Origin: Bryobacteraceae bacterium
GTDB lineage: Bacteria > Acidobacteriota > Terriglobia > Bryobacterales > Bryobacteraceae
Length of the DNA stretch: 64,000 nucleotides
NCBI GenBank assembly: GCA_036008345.1
Contig: DASYNU010000192.1
Location: 5,800 to 69,799 of the forward strand
Direction: 5' to 3'
Shown: in pieces, positions 49,102 to 57,065 of the stretch
Layout of the letters: the number at the start of each line of letters is the position of its first letter
Position numbering within the stretch: position 1 is the first letter of the stretch
Notes under the pieces: model-generated
Seen by the model: only the letters and a program-made list of their open reading frames with translations
Databases searched by the model: none
Told to the model about the DNA's origin: nothing
Program-made: the position numbers and the translations under genes

Positions 49102-51822
49102 ATGAGGGTGCTGCTGGTGGGATGGGATGCCGCTGACTGGAAGGTGATCCATCCGCTGATGGATGCCGGCAAGATGCCGAACGTCCAGCGAATGGTGGAT
49201 AGCGGCGCGATGGCGCAGATCTCGACGCTGCACCCGCCACTCTCCCCGATGCTGTGGACTTCTATCGCCACCGGAAAGCGGCCGTTCAAGCATGGCGTCC
49301 ACGGCTTTTCTGAGCCGACTCCGGATTGGCGCGGCGTGCAGCCGGTGACTAACCTGTCGCGAAAATCGAAAGCGCTTTGGAACATTCTCAATCAGAGTGA
49401 TTTGCGCAGCGTCGTGATCGGCTGGTGGCCGAGCCATCCCGCGGAGCCGATCAACGGCGTGATGGTTTCCGATCACTATCATCGCGCGAGCGGGCCGTTG
49501 GATAAGGGCTGGCCGCTGCGGGTCAATGCGGTTCATCCTTTGGAGTTGGCTGAAACGCTGGCCGGGCTGCGAGTGCATCCGGATCTTCTGACACCTGAGA
49601 TGGTGGAACCGTTTATTCCGTTGGCCGCGGAAATCGATCAGGACCTGGACAAGCGGCTGGCGGGGTTTCTGCGGACGCTCGCGGAATGCATGAGTGTGCA
49701 GGCGGCGGCAATGTGGCTGGTGGAAAATCAGCCCTGGGATTTTTTTGCGGTTTACTTCGACGCGATCGATCATTTCTGTCACGCCTTCATGCGGTACTAT
49801 CCGCCGCGGCAGAGCTGGATTGGGGAACGCGATTTCGAGCTGTATCACAATGTGGTCTCGATGGCCTATCAGTTCCACGATCAGATGTTGGGTAAGCTGC
49901 TTGAGAAAGCCGGTAATGACACTACCGTGATTCTGATGTCCGATCACGGTTTCCATCCGGATCATCTGCGGCCGGCATCGATTCCGGACATCCCGGCCGG
50001 GCCTGCGATTGAGCATCGTGACTTTGGGATTCTGGCCATCAGCGGGCCGCGCATAAAGAAGGATGAATTGTTGCATGGGCCGTCATTGCTGGACATTGCG
50101 CCGACCATCCTGACACTTTACGGATTGCCGGTGGGTGAGGATATGGACGGCAAGGTGCTGACGCAGGCGTTTGTCGAAACGCCGGAGGTGCGGTTCATTC
50201 CGAGCTGGGAAAATGTTGCGGGCGCGGATGGACGCCATCCTCCACATATGCGGCTGGATCCAGTGGCGGCGCATGAAGCGCTGGAGCAGATGATCGCGCT
50301 GGGGTACATCGAGCGGCCGGATGAGAATCGCGAAGTAGCGGTTCGGAAGACAATTCGCGAGCTGCGCTATAACCTGGGCGAGGCTTATCAGGATGCGGAC
50401 CGCCACATGGAGGCACACGACATTTTCGCGGAGTTGCATGCGGCTGATCCGGATGAGCAGCGATTTGCCGTGCGGTTGTTTGTATCGGCGCAGGCGCTCA
50501 AGATGCATCCTGAGATGCGGCGGATTGTGGACGACCTGGATGGCCGGCGGCGTGCGCTGTTCGAAGAAGCGAAGCGGAGGGTAGCCGAGGGCGGGCCGGA
50601 CTTGGGGCGCTGGCGGAATTTGACACGCTATCAGCCGGCGGTGATCGATTATCTAAAGGCGCAGGTATTGACGGCGGAGAAGCGGTATCCCGAAGCGCTG
50701 GCGGCGCTGGAACTGGTGACGGGAGCGCATCTGGTGCGGCCGGGATTGTTCCTACAGACGGCCGATCTCTATCTGCGGCTGGGCCGGTGGAGTGATGCGC
50801 AACGGGTTTATGAGAAGGCGCTCGAGATTGATCCCGACAATGCCTATGCACATCTGGGCACCTGCCGGATGGCGTTGCGGCGAAGGAAATTCGGTATTGC
50901 CGCGCAATCGGCCCTGGATGCGCTGCAGAGAATTTATCATTATCCGCAGGCGCATTTCATGCTGGGGCAGGCGCTGACGGGAATGAAGGAATACGAACGG
51001 GCCGCCGAGGCGTTTCGCGCGGCTATTTCTTTTAATCCCAATTATCCGGAGGCGCATGTTCGATTGGCGGAATTGCTGGAGAAGCATCTGGGGGACGCGG
51101 TGTGCGCACGGGAGCATCGAGAGCTAGCGCGTGTCATGCGGAGCCGCAAGGCCGTCGTTTCGGAGGGTCCGGCAGAGATTGAAGTTACCGAGCGCGTTAG
51201 TTACGCACCGCCGGGGAATATGCCGCCGCTTGAGAAATCGCTCATCGTTGTGACTGGCTTGCCGCGATCGGGAACATCCATGCTGATGCAGATGCTGGCG
51301 GCGGGTGGAATGAGTATCCTTTCGGATGGATTGCGGGAAGCGGATGCAGATAATCCACGCGGTTATCTCGAATACCAGCCGGTGAAGAATTTGCTGAAGG
51401 ATTCCAAGTGGCTGATCGAAGGGCGCGGAAAAGTGCTCAAGATCGTGGCTCCATTATTGGTTGCGCTGCCGGAGGGCCTGGCGTGCCGGGTGATCCTGAG
51501 CGAACGAGATCTCGAAGAGCTAATGGATTCCCAAGACCGCATGCTGGTGCGGCGCAATCACCCGCCAGCCACCACGCCGGAGCGCCGGCGGATGCTGAAG
51601 CAGGAGTACTCGCGGACGCTGGGCCGGGTGAAAGCGATGCTGGTGCGGCGTCCGCAGACCGAGCTGCTGGTCGTAGAGCACGCCGACATTATTTCAGATC
51701 CGTGGGCGAGTGCCCAGAAGGTGAACGAGTTCCTGGGCGGCGGGCTGGATGTGGGAAAGATGGCGGCGGTGGTTGATCCCGCGCTGCATCGGGTTAGGAA
51801 TCTTTCAGGGGCGGAACGCTAG
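49102..51822 (+). CDS. Three-domain fusion: alkaline-phosphatase-superfamily type I phosphodiesterase/nucleotide pyrophosphatase + TPR repeats + sulfotransferase
   Basis: 906 aa, no signal peptide. NPP-like metal and nucleophile motifs (LLVGWDAADW, TLHPPLSPMLWTSIATGKRP, LMSDHGFH). TPR block around residues 520-680 (YEKALEIDPDNAYAH, FRAAISFNPNYPEAH). C-terminal PAPS 5'-phosphosulfate-binding-like loop (VTGLPRSGTSMLMQML). Confidence 0.75.
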   Translation: MRVLLVGWDAADWKVIHPLMDAGKMPNVQRMVDSGAMAQISTLHPPLSPMLWTSIATGKRPFKHGVHGFSEPTPDWRGVQPVTNLSRKSKALWNILNQSDLRSVVIGWWPSHPAEPINGVMVSDHYHRASGPLDKGWPLRVNAVHPLELAETLAGLRVHPDLLTPEMVEPFIPLAAEIDQDLDKRLAGFLRTLAECMSVQAAAMWLVENQPWDFFAVYFDAIDHFCHAFMRYYPPRQSWIGERDFELYHNVVSMAYQFHDQMLGKLLEKAGNDTTVILMSDHGFHPDHLRPASIPDIPAGPAIEHRDFGILAISGPRIKKDELLHGPSLLDIAPTILTLYGLPVGEDMDGKVLTQAFVETPEVRFIPSWENVAGADGRHPPHMRLDPVAAHEALEQMIALGYIERPDENREVAVRKTIRELRYNLGEAYQDADRHMEAHDIFAELHAADPDEQRFAVRLFVSAQALKMHPEMRRIVDDLDGRRRALFEEAKRRVAEGGPDLGRWRNLTRYQPAVIDYLKAQVLTAEKRYPEALAALELVTGAHLVRPGLFLQTADLYLRLGRWSDAQRVYEKALEIDPDNAYAHLGTCRMALRRRKFGIAAQSALDALQRIYHYPQAHFMLGQALTGMKEYERAAEAFRAAISFNPNYPEAHVRLAELLEKHLGDAVCAREHRELARVMRSRKAVVSEGPAEIEVTERVSYAPPGNMPPLEKSLIVVTGLPRSGTSMLMQMLAAGGMSILSDGLREADADNPRGYLEYQPVKNLLKDSKWLIEGRGKVLKIVAPLLVALPEGLACRVILSERDLEELMDSQDRMLVRRNHPPATTPERRRMLKQEYSRTLGRVKAMLVRRPQTELLVVEHADIISDPWASAQKVNEFLGGGLDVGKMAAVVDPALHRVRNLSGAER

Positions 51823-52491
51823 TTTTTCGGAAAATTTGTCTTGGAGGAACTGGCCGTTGCTGATTAAGGCTTCGGCATCTCCGGCGAACGCGCTCTTCGC
51901 GATGTCCTTCAGTGACGAGTCCAGCACTTGCAATTGTTGCAGTAATGTTTGCGAGGCTGTGCGGCCATCGGCCAGCGTCTGCATTTGAGCGTAGAACTTG
52001 GGAAGACGCAAATAGGCCGCGAGCGTGTCGGGTAGATAGCGGCGAACGGTTTCGACTACCGTGAAAGAATCCTTGGCTGAGATGATGCCACGGTCGCGCA
52101 GTTCCTGCAAACGAGGGAGTAGTTCACTCAGCGTGCCTTGAATGCTGCGGAGAAATTCCAGAGCCTCCTTGGGCAAACCCTGGGCAACGCTATCTATTAA
52201 TTTGCGTACTTGTTGCGCCAACATCTCGGTGGAGAGTTCGGTTCGCTCGGCCATTTTCGCTAGGTCGTTGCGAGGCCACACCAGCACGCCCGCGCCATAA
52301 AGACCCGCCACAATGGCCCACCAATAGGCATGGATGATGCCTCCAAAAAAAAGACCGAGACCACTCATCGCCAGCAGAGACCCGGCGATATTTCCGTTGC
52401 TGTAGAGGAACAGCTGCAGGCGCCGGGGGAAGCTATTGGTATCCACGAATTTCCTTGAACACTCCCGCCAACGAATTAGACCGGGAGTCAA
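51805..52491 (-). CDS. XpaC-like (5-bromo-4-chloroindolyl phosphate hydrolysis protein family) membrane protein
   Basis: 228 aa. Two N-terminal TM helices (GSLLAMSGLGLFFGGII, YWWAIVAGLYGAGVLVW), then a helical cytoplasmic domain. Assignment rests on architecture, size and adjacency to a TelA-family gene. The start may be the GTG at 52446. Confidence 0.5.
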   Translation of the reverse strand: MTPGLIRWRECSRKFVDTNSFPRRLQLFLYSNGNIAGSLLAMSGLGLFFGGIIHAYWWAIVAGLYGAGVLVWPRNDLAKMAERTELSTEMLAQQVRKLIDSVAQGLPKEALEFLRSIQGTLSELLPRLQELRDRGIISAKDSFTVVETVRRYLPDTLAAYLRLPKFYAQMQTLADGRTASQTLLQQLQVLDSSLKDIAKSAFAGDAEALISNGQFLQDKFSEKLAFRP

Positions 52492-54028
52492 ACATCCGGC
52501 CTCCAGTAAGGGCGGCCAGATCCTCTAATTCTCTCGCGTTGCCCTCGCCGAACAAAATTGGAAAAACAGGAATGGCGTGGATGTTTTCGCCGCGCGTTTT
52601 GTACCACTCGTAAAAGTCGGCCCGCGTGAGTCCGGTGTTGCTTTGGCCGTCCGTCATCAGCACGACGGTATAGTAGCGCTTTTCCCGGGCGCGGATTCGT
52701 TCCTGGGCCAATTCGATGATGGCGCGCTGCACAGCGGAATAAATGGCGGTGCCGCCGCCGGCCGATAATCCGTTAACAAAATCTGTTATCCTGGCGCGGG
52801 TTCGGGAATTTTGTTCGGGCGTTGAACCCATCTGAAACCAGACCGTAGGCGCTGGCTCGGAGGAAAACCTGATGATGCCCACCTCTTCTCTATTTTGAAA
52901 CCGGGCGTAACGTTCGGACGGGACGGCGGCGCCTGAGGCCAGCATCAGCATTGCGCGCCTGAGAGCGTCGATACGATCGCCTTGCATGGAACCGGAAAGA
53001 TCCAGGAGATAGCGCGAGGAGCCGGGGATGCGGACTTCCGCCAGGAAGTTATCCAAAAGAGCAGTGATGAGCGAGGCTTGACCAGGGAACGGGAGTTCGA
53101 TCAAGGTACGCTTCGGAATAGACGCAGCCATTGCGGCATCGGCATTCACGGGACGGCGCAAGGTTCGCTCGGACATTTTAGTTTGGAAATCCTTGCTGCG
53201 CAGGTAGGCCACTAGTTTGTCGTAGTCGGATCGCCGTGCGCCGTTGAGGAGCATCAGAGGATAGTCGGCGGTGATGATGCCTTCCTTGGGATAGACCAAA
53301 GTGAGAGGTTCGGCGATTCTGCCGCGCGCGTTCAGGGATAGCAGCACGGATTCATAGTTGATGATGCCGTCTACTCGAGATTGGTCACGCTCATAGGTTT
53401 CCGCCAGCCATCCGGAAGAGCCGGAGGTGAGCCTCTGGCCGTTGAAGAAATCCGAAAGCTGGGGATTTTTCAAATCCTCATTGGTAAGCGCGTCGGGATT
53501 CTTCGCGAGCGCGGCTGCCAGACCGATGGTCGCTGTCAGTCCGGTATTGCTCGAGGTTGGATTGGTCATGCCGAACGTGAATTTGCCGGCTTTGGCGGCG
53601 TCGGCGATGTCTTTCCATGTCGGCTCTTCGGCGTCCCAGCCGAGCGAGTGGGCCTTGGATGCTTTCAGTCCCAACAGAACGGGCGAGAGCATAGTTTTTT
53701 CCTGCGCCAGGATGCGGCCTTTTAGCGCGTCGTTCATGGCTAGGTATTTTCCATGCGACACCCAAAGGGCGTCGGATCGGTCGCCCGCGGCGATGCGGTC
53801 AATGGCGTCAAGCGTTCCTGAATAAGAAAAGGTGAGGTCGAGCCCGGTGGCTTCGCGTATGTCGTTTTTGAGTCCGGACTCGACGTCTTTTAGTTCGGAG
53901 CCGGCGAGCAAGCCGAAGGTATTTGTGGAAGCAGTGGTGGTACGCTTCGACGGCTTTCGGCAGGAACCGAGCGTGGTGATGGCAACCGCTGCGACAAACA
54001 CCATCACTCGGGAGAGGCGCCGGTTCAT
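52433..54028 (-). CDS. Lipoprotein: periplasmic solute-binding-fold domain fused to a C-terminal VWA (MIDAS) domain
   Basis: 531 aa. Lipobox ITTLGSC. SBP-like N-terminal half (FGMTNPTSSNTGL). VWA half with an intact MIDAS motif (YLLDLSGSM ... GGGTAIY ... VVLMTDGQSN). Confidence 0.75.
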   Translation of the reverse strand: MNRRLSRVMVFVAAVAITTLGSCRKPSKRTTTASTNTFGLLAGSELKDVESGLKNDIREATGLDLTFSYSGTLDAIDRIAAGDRSDALWVSHGKYLAMNDALKGRILAQEKTMLSPVLLGLKASKAHSLGWDAEEPTWKDIADAAKAGKFTFGMTNPTSSNTGLTATIGLAAALAKNPDALTNEDLKNPQLSDFFNGQRLTSGSSGWLAETYERDQSRVDGIINYESVLLSLNARGRIAEPLTLVYPKEGIITADYPLMLLNGARRSDYDKLVAYLRSKDFQTKMSERTLRRPVNADAAMAASIPKRTLIELPFPGQASLITALLDNFLAEVRIPGSSRYLLDLSGSMQGDRIDALRRAMLMLASGAAVPSERYARFQNREEVGIIRFSSEPAPTVWFQMGSTPEQNSRTRARITDFVNGLSAGGGTAIYSAVQRAIIELAQERIRAREKRYYTVVLMTDGQSNTGLTRADFYEWYKTRGENIHAIPVFPILFGEGNARELEDLAALTGGRMFDSRSNSLAGVFKEIRGYQ

Positions 54029-54038
54029 GGCGGTGTGC

Positions 54039-55268
54039 TCACAAGCTTACGGGGCCGGTGGGAGCGCTGGTGGTTGCGTCGGAAATTGCTTTTACGGCGG
54101 TCTGCTCGCGCTGCATCCGGGATTCTCCTTCGGCTAGCAGGCCTTTAAGCAGCGTGATGTTGGCGCCCATCGATTCGATGCTTTTCGACCGGAATTCATC
54201 CAGCTTGTCGAGGCCGGCGAAGACCGTATCAAAGGAGCTCTTGAGCGTCTGCACGCCGATCAATGGGTTGCTTTGGAATTCCACCAGGCGGTCCACATGA
54301 TCGCCGAACATTTTCGCCGTGGACGCCATCAGGCCTTCGATTGCAGCTGAGCCTTGTTTCAGCGCGTCCATCACTTTCATCTGATAGCCTTGCGCGCGAG
54401 CCAAAGTCACGGCTATGGACAGGCTGGACATTCCGATGGTGGCCATGCGATCGCAGCCATTGCGCAGCTCGCGTCCGGTTTTTCGCAATCCTTCCAGCAT
54501 TTTGTAGCCGTTGATGCAAACCAGCATCTGGGTCTTCACATCCATGCTGGCTTGGCGAGCGTAGAACAAAACTTCTTGCTCGATGGCTTTGGCGCGGGCG
54601 GGGTCCGGCGTTTTCAGCTTCGCTACGGTTTCCGTCAGCTTGTGATCCAGGTGGTCGATGAAGATGTCGACGGCCTTCAATTTGGTCATGGCGTCGAGCA
54701 GCTTGTTCATGGTGGCGAAAAGTTCCTGATCGTCGCGAGCCAGCTCGTCCTCGACGCCATAGATGTTGTCGATCAGTTTGCGGAGCGAGCCACTGGCGCT
54801 ATCGAAGCGCTGCAAATAGGCCTGCAGCCGATTGCCGTATGGAATTACTCCAAGAATCTTGTGCGAAGAAAACAGGTCGCCTTCCTTGCCCGGGTCCAGC
54901 GTTTCAAACAGTCCACGCATTTCGTTCATGACTTTGAAGGCGGGATTGTCGGCATCGCTCACGAAATTCTTTTCCATGAATTTGCCGGTGAGCAAGGCGC
55001 TGTCGCCGATTTCTTTGCGGCCCAAGCGGAAGGCGCTGTCGAGGCGGGCGCGGAAATCTCCGGAAGTGACATCCATGTGAAGCAGGTCGGCGATGAATTG
55101 ATCCGCCTGGCTGACTGCCGAGACGCGGGTTTCTTCCTTCAAGGGGACCAGCGCGAAAGCGGCGTCGGGTGCTTTAACCGGCGTAACGGGCTCCGGCATG
55201 GCGAGCGCGAGGGGCGCGTCGGGCGCAGTGAGTACTTCGGGCTGCTGATTCGGATCTGGGGTGGTCAT
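54039..55268 (-). CDS. TelA-family (toxic anion resistance) protein
   Basis: 409 aa, all-helical and cytoplasmic, with a Pro/Ala-rich N-terminus followed by the long coiled TelA-like body (LDSAFRLGRKEIG ... YLQRFDSASGSLRKLIDNI ... LFYARQASMDVKTQMLV). Recognised by overall pattern, not by search. Confidence 0.7.
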   Translation of the reverse strand: MTTPDPNQQPEVLTAPDAPLALAMPEPVTPVKAPDAAFALVPLKEETRVSAVSQADQFIADLLHMDVTSGDFRARLDSAFRLGRKEIGDSALLTGKFMEKNFVSDADNPAFKVMNEMRGLFETLDPGKEGDLFSSHKILGVIPYGNRLQAYLQRFDSASGSLRKLIDNIYGVEDELARDDQELFATMNKLLDAMTKLKAVDIFIDHLDHKLTETVAKLKTPDPARAKAIEQEVLFYARQASMDVKTQMLVCINGYKMLEGLRKTGRELRNGCDRMATIGMSSLSIAVTLARAQGYQMKVMDALKQGSAAIEGLMASTAKMFGDHVDRLVEFQSNPLIGVQTLKSSFDTVFAGLDKLDEFRSKSIESMGANITLLKGLLAEGESRMQREQTAVKAISDATTSAPTGPVSL

Positions 55269-55277
55269 TAGGACTCC

Positions 55278-56390
55278 TTATTTAGTAAGCGATGCATCGA
55301 TTCGGTTAATCAATTTTTCGAGAATGTCGTAGCTGGGTGGATCGATGACATCCACCACTGTGTGCGGGATGACCAGCTTCTTGGCTTCCACAGCTGCGAA
55401 AAGTTCGCTGCTGTCCTGAGTGCGAAAACCGTAGCGCTGCGCGATGGAACTGACTTTCGGATTTGAAGTCATCACTTGCGCGAATCGCGCTCCGTTGTCG
55501 GAGAGCGCGACCAGCGTGTGTTTCGAGAGAATGGTCGGCGTCGGGTAGAGCAACACCATGTCGGGATTTGGATGCGGGTGCGACAAAATATATTCAAGGA
55601 ACTGCTGCTCGTAGATCATCACGAGCGGTGCTTTGCCGATGCCCATGGCCGTATAGTCTTCAAAGGGTCCAGCGGAACTGGACTCCTGAAATCCTTGGCG
55701 GGAGAATAATCCCACCATGCCGGGCGCCACTTTATCCGCATCTTTTTCGTTGTCCACAACGTTGTTGCCATTGGCGAGGTAGGCGGCTAGCGCCAGGTAC
55801 ATTCCACCCGAATTTGATTTCCGAACGTCCGTGGAACTAACCAGGACCGATTTGCCGACTGCATAAGCTGTATTGCCGGGCAGATCCTTCCAGCGCGTTC
55901 CTTTCTGCATCATGTCGACCAACTGGGCCATGCCGGAAAGGTAAAATGTGCCGTCCTTGCGGGAAACCAGACCGGAACTCTCAAGCACCGGAATTAGCGT
56001 CTTCCAACTTGCCACAGCCATGGGAGTGTAAAACGTCGCATAGGTGCGCTTGGAGCCGGTATTCTGCGCGATCTTCACGGCGGCATGTGCGCCGGCGGGA
56101 TATGCGACGTCGAAGGTTTTGAGATCGGGCCGCGTGGCGATTTCGCGGGAACCGGCTTTCTGAACGCTTAGAACAATGCCTTCTTCGGCCAGCACCTTGC
56201 CCAAATCGGCGTCGGTGAGGAACTTTTCTTTTTCGGAGCCGGTGAGAATCTTGACGGTGATGGCGGTTTTCGCGCGCTGGGCGGCAAGCTGCGTTTCCTT
56301 ACGGTCACGCATGGAATTGCGGATGGCAAACCCAACGCCGATCAACAGGAAAACCGCGAGGACGGGTCCAATGGCTTTTCTGAGATTCAT
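55278..56390 (-). CDS. Membrane-anchored solute-binding-fold protein (paralogous to the N-terminal half of 52433..54028)
   Basis: 370 aa. N-terminal TM anchor (IGPVLAVFLLIGVGFAI). SBP-like body with an S-N-S-G loop (VSSTDVRKSNSGGMYL), comparable to TNPTSSNTGL in the SBP-VWA protein. Confidence 0.6.
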   Translation of the reverse strand: MNLRKAIGPVLAVFLLIGVGFAIRNSMRDRKETQLAAQRAKTAITVKILTGSEKEKFLTDADLGKVLAEEGIVLSVQKAGSREIATRPDLKTFDVAYPAGAHAAVKIAQNTGSKRTYATFYTPMAVASWKTLIPVLESSGLVSRKDGTFYLSGMAQLVDMMQKGTRWKDLPGNTAYAVGKSVLVSSTDVRKSNSGGMYLALAAYLANGNNVVDNEKDADKVAPGMVGLFSRQGFQESSSAGPFEDYTAMGIGKAPLVMIYEQQFLEYILSHPHPNPDMVLLYPTPTILSKHTLVALSDNGARFAQVMTSNPKVSSIAQRYGFRTQDSSELFAAVEAKKLVIPHTVVDVIDPPSYDILEKLINRIDASLTK

Positions 56391-56681
56391 GGGTCTGCGG
56401 CCTCCGGCGCGAAGTCGAGGCTTGAGACTTCAGATAGAACTACGCAAAATGACAAGATGAAGATCGATTCATGATATCCCATAGCAGGAAAAGGCGTGTT
56501 TCAACTGTGTGACAGGTTAGTTCAGTGGTTGGTCACGGACGACCGACTTTGAAAACACCAATTGTTCCGCCCACATCATAAGGCCACTTAATAAGGCCGC
56601 CGGTGGACGGCCGGTGCTAACGTCGATCAAGCATGCGGTTCCGAGCGCTTCTTCAACCGTCTCCCCTCTAGAAGATGCGCT

Positions 56682-57062
56682 ATGGTAGACTATCTGCCAG
56701 AGCACATGGCCAAGCGCGAACCCTATCGAAACCGCGTCGAACTTGTTCAAGGAACTCTCGACATGCTGATTCTTGGGACGCTGCAGTGGGGCCCCCAGCA
56801 CGGCCACGGCATTGGCCAAGCCCTACTCCGGAGATCGGAGAATGCATTGCAGATCGAGCACGGTTCCTTATACCCGGCCTTGCATCGGTTGGAACGAGCA
56901 GGATGGCTCACTTCCGAATGGAAGCAGTCTGAAGAAAACCGGCGCGCGAAATATTACCGGCTAACCGCCGCCGGGAAACGGCAGCTTTCCAAAGAGCGAT
57001 CAACGTGGGAAGAAGCGGTCCGCACCATTGCCCGCGTCATGCGTCCGGCTGAGGAGAGTTGA
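56682..57062 (+). CDS. PadR family transcriptional regulator (acidobacterial type)
   Basis: Winged-helix motif LVQGTLDMLILGTLQWGPQHGHGIGQAL ... SLYPALHRLERAGWL ... RAKYYRLTAAG. The start may be the ATG at 56706. Confidence 0.85.
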   Translation: MVDYLPEHMAKREPYRNRVELVQGTLDMLILGTLQWGPQHGHGIGQALLRRSENALQIEHGSLYPALHRLERAGWLTSEWKQSEENRRAKYYRLTAAGKRQLSKERSTWEEAVRTIARVMRPAEES

Positions 57063-57065
57063 AAC

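Noticed and set aside
49075-50076. 333-aa minus-strand ORF opposite the 5' part of the phosphodiesterase-TPR-sulfotransferase gene
   Set aside because: It is fully antisense to a gene with clear catalytic motifs. Its composition is Arg/His/Pro/Gln-rich, as is typical of shadow ORFs in GC-rich DNA, and it has no recognisable domain.
56515-56565. tRNA-like D-loop string (ttagttcagtggttggtc) upstream of padR
   Set aside because: No acceptor stem, anticodon arm or GTTCGAATC-type T-arm can be drawn around it, so no cloverleaf forms.
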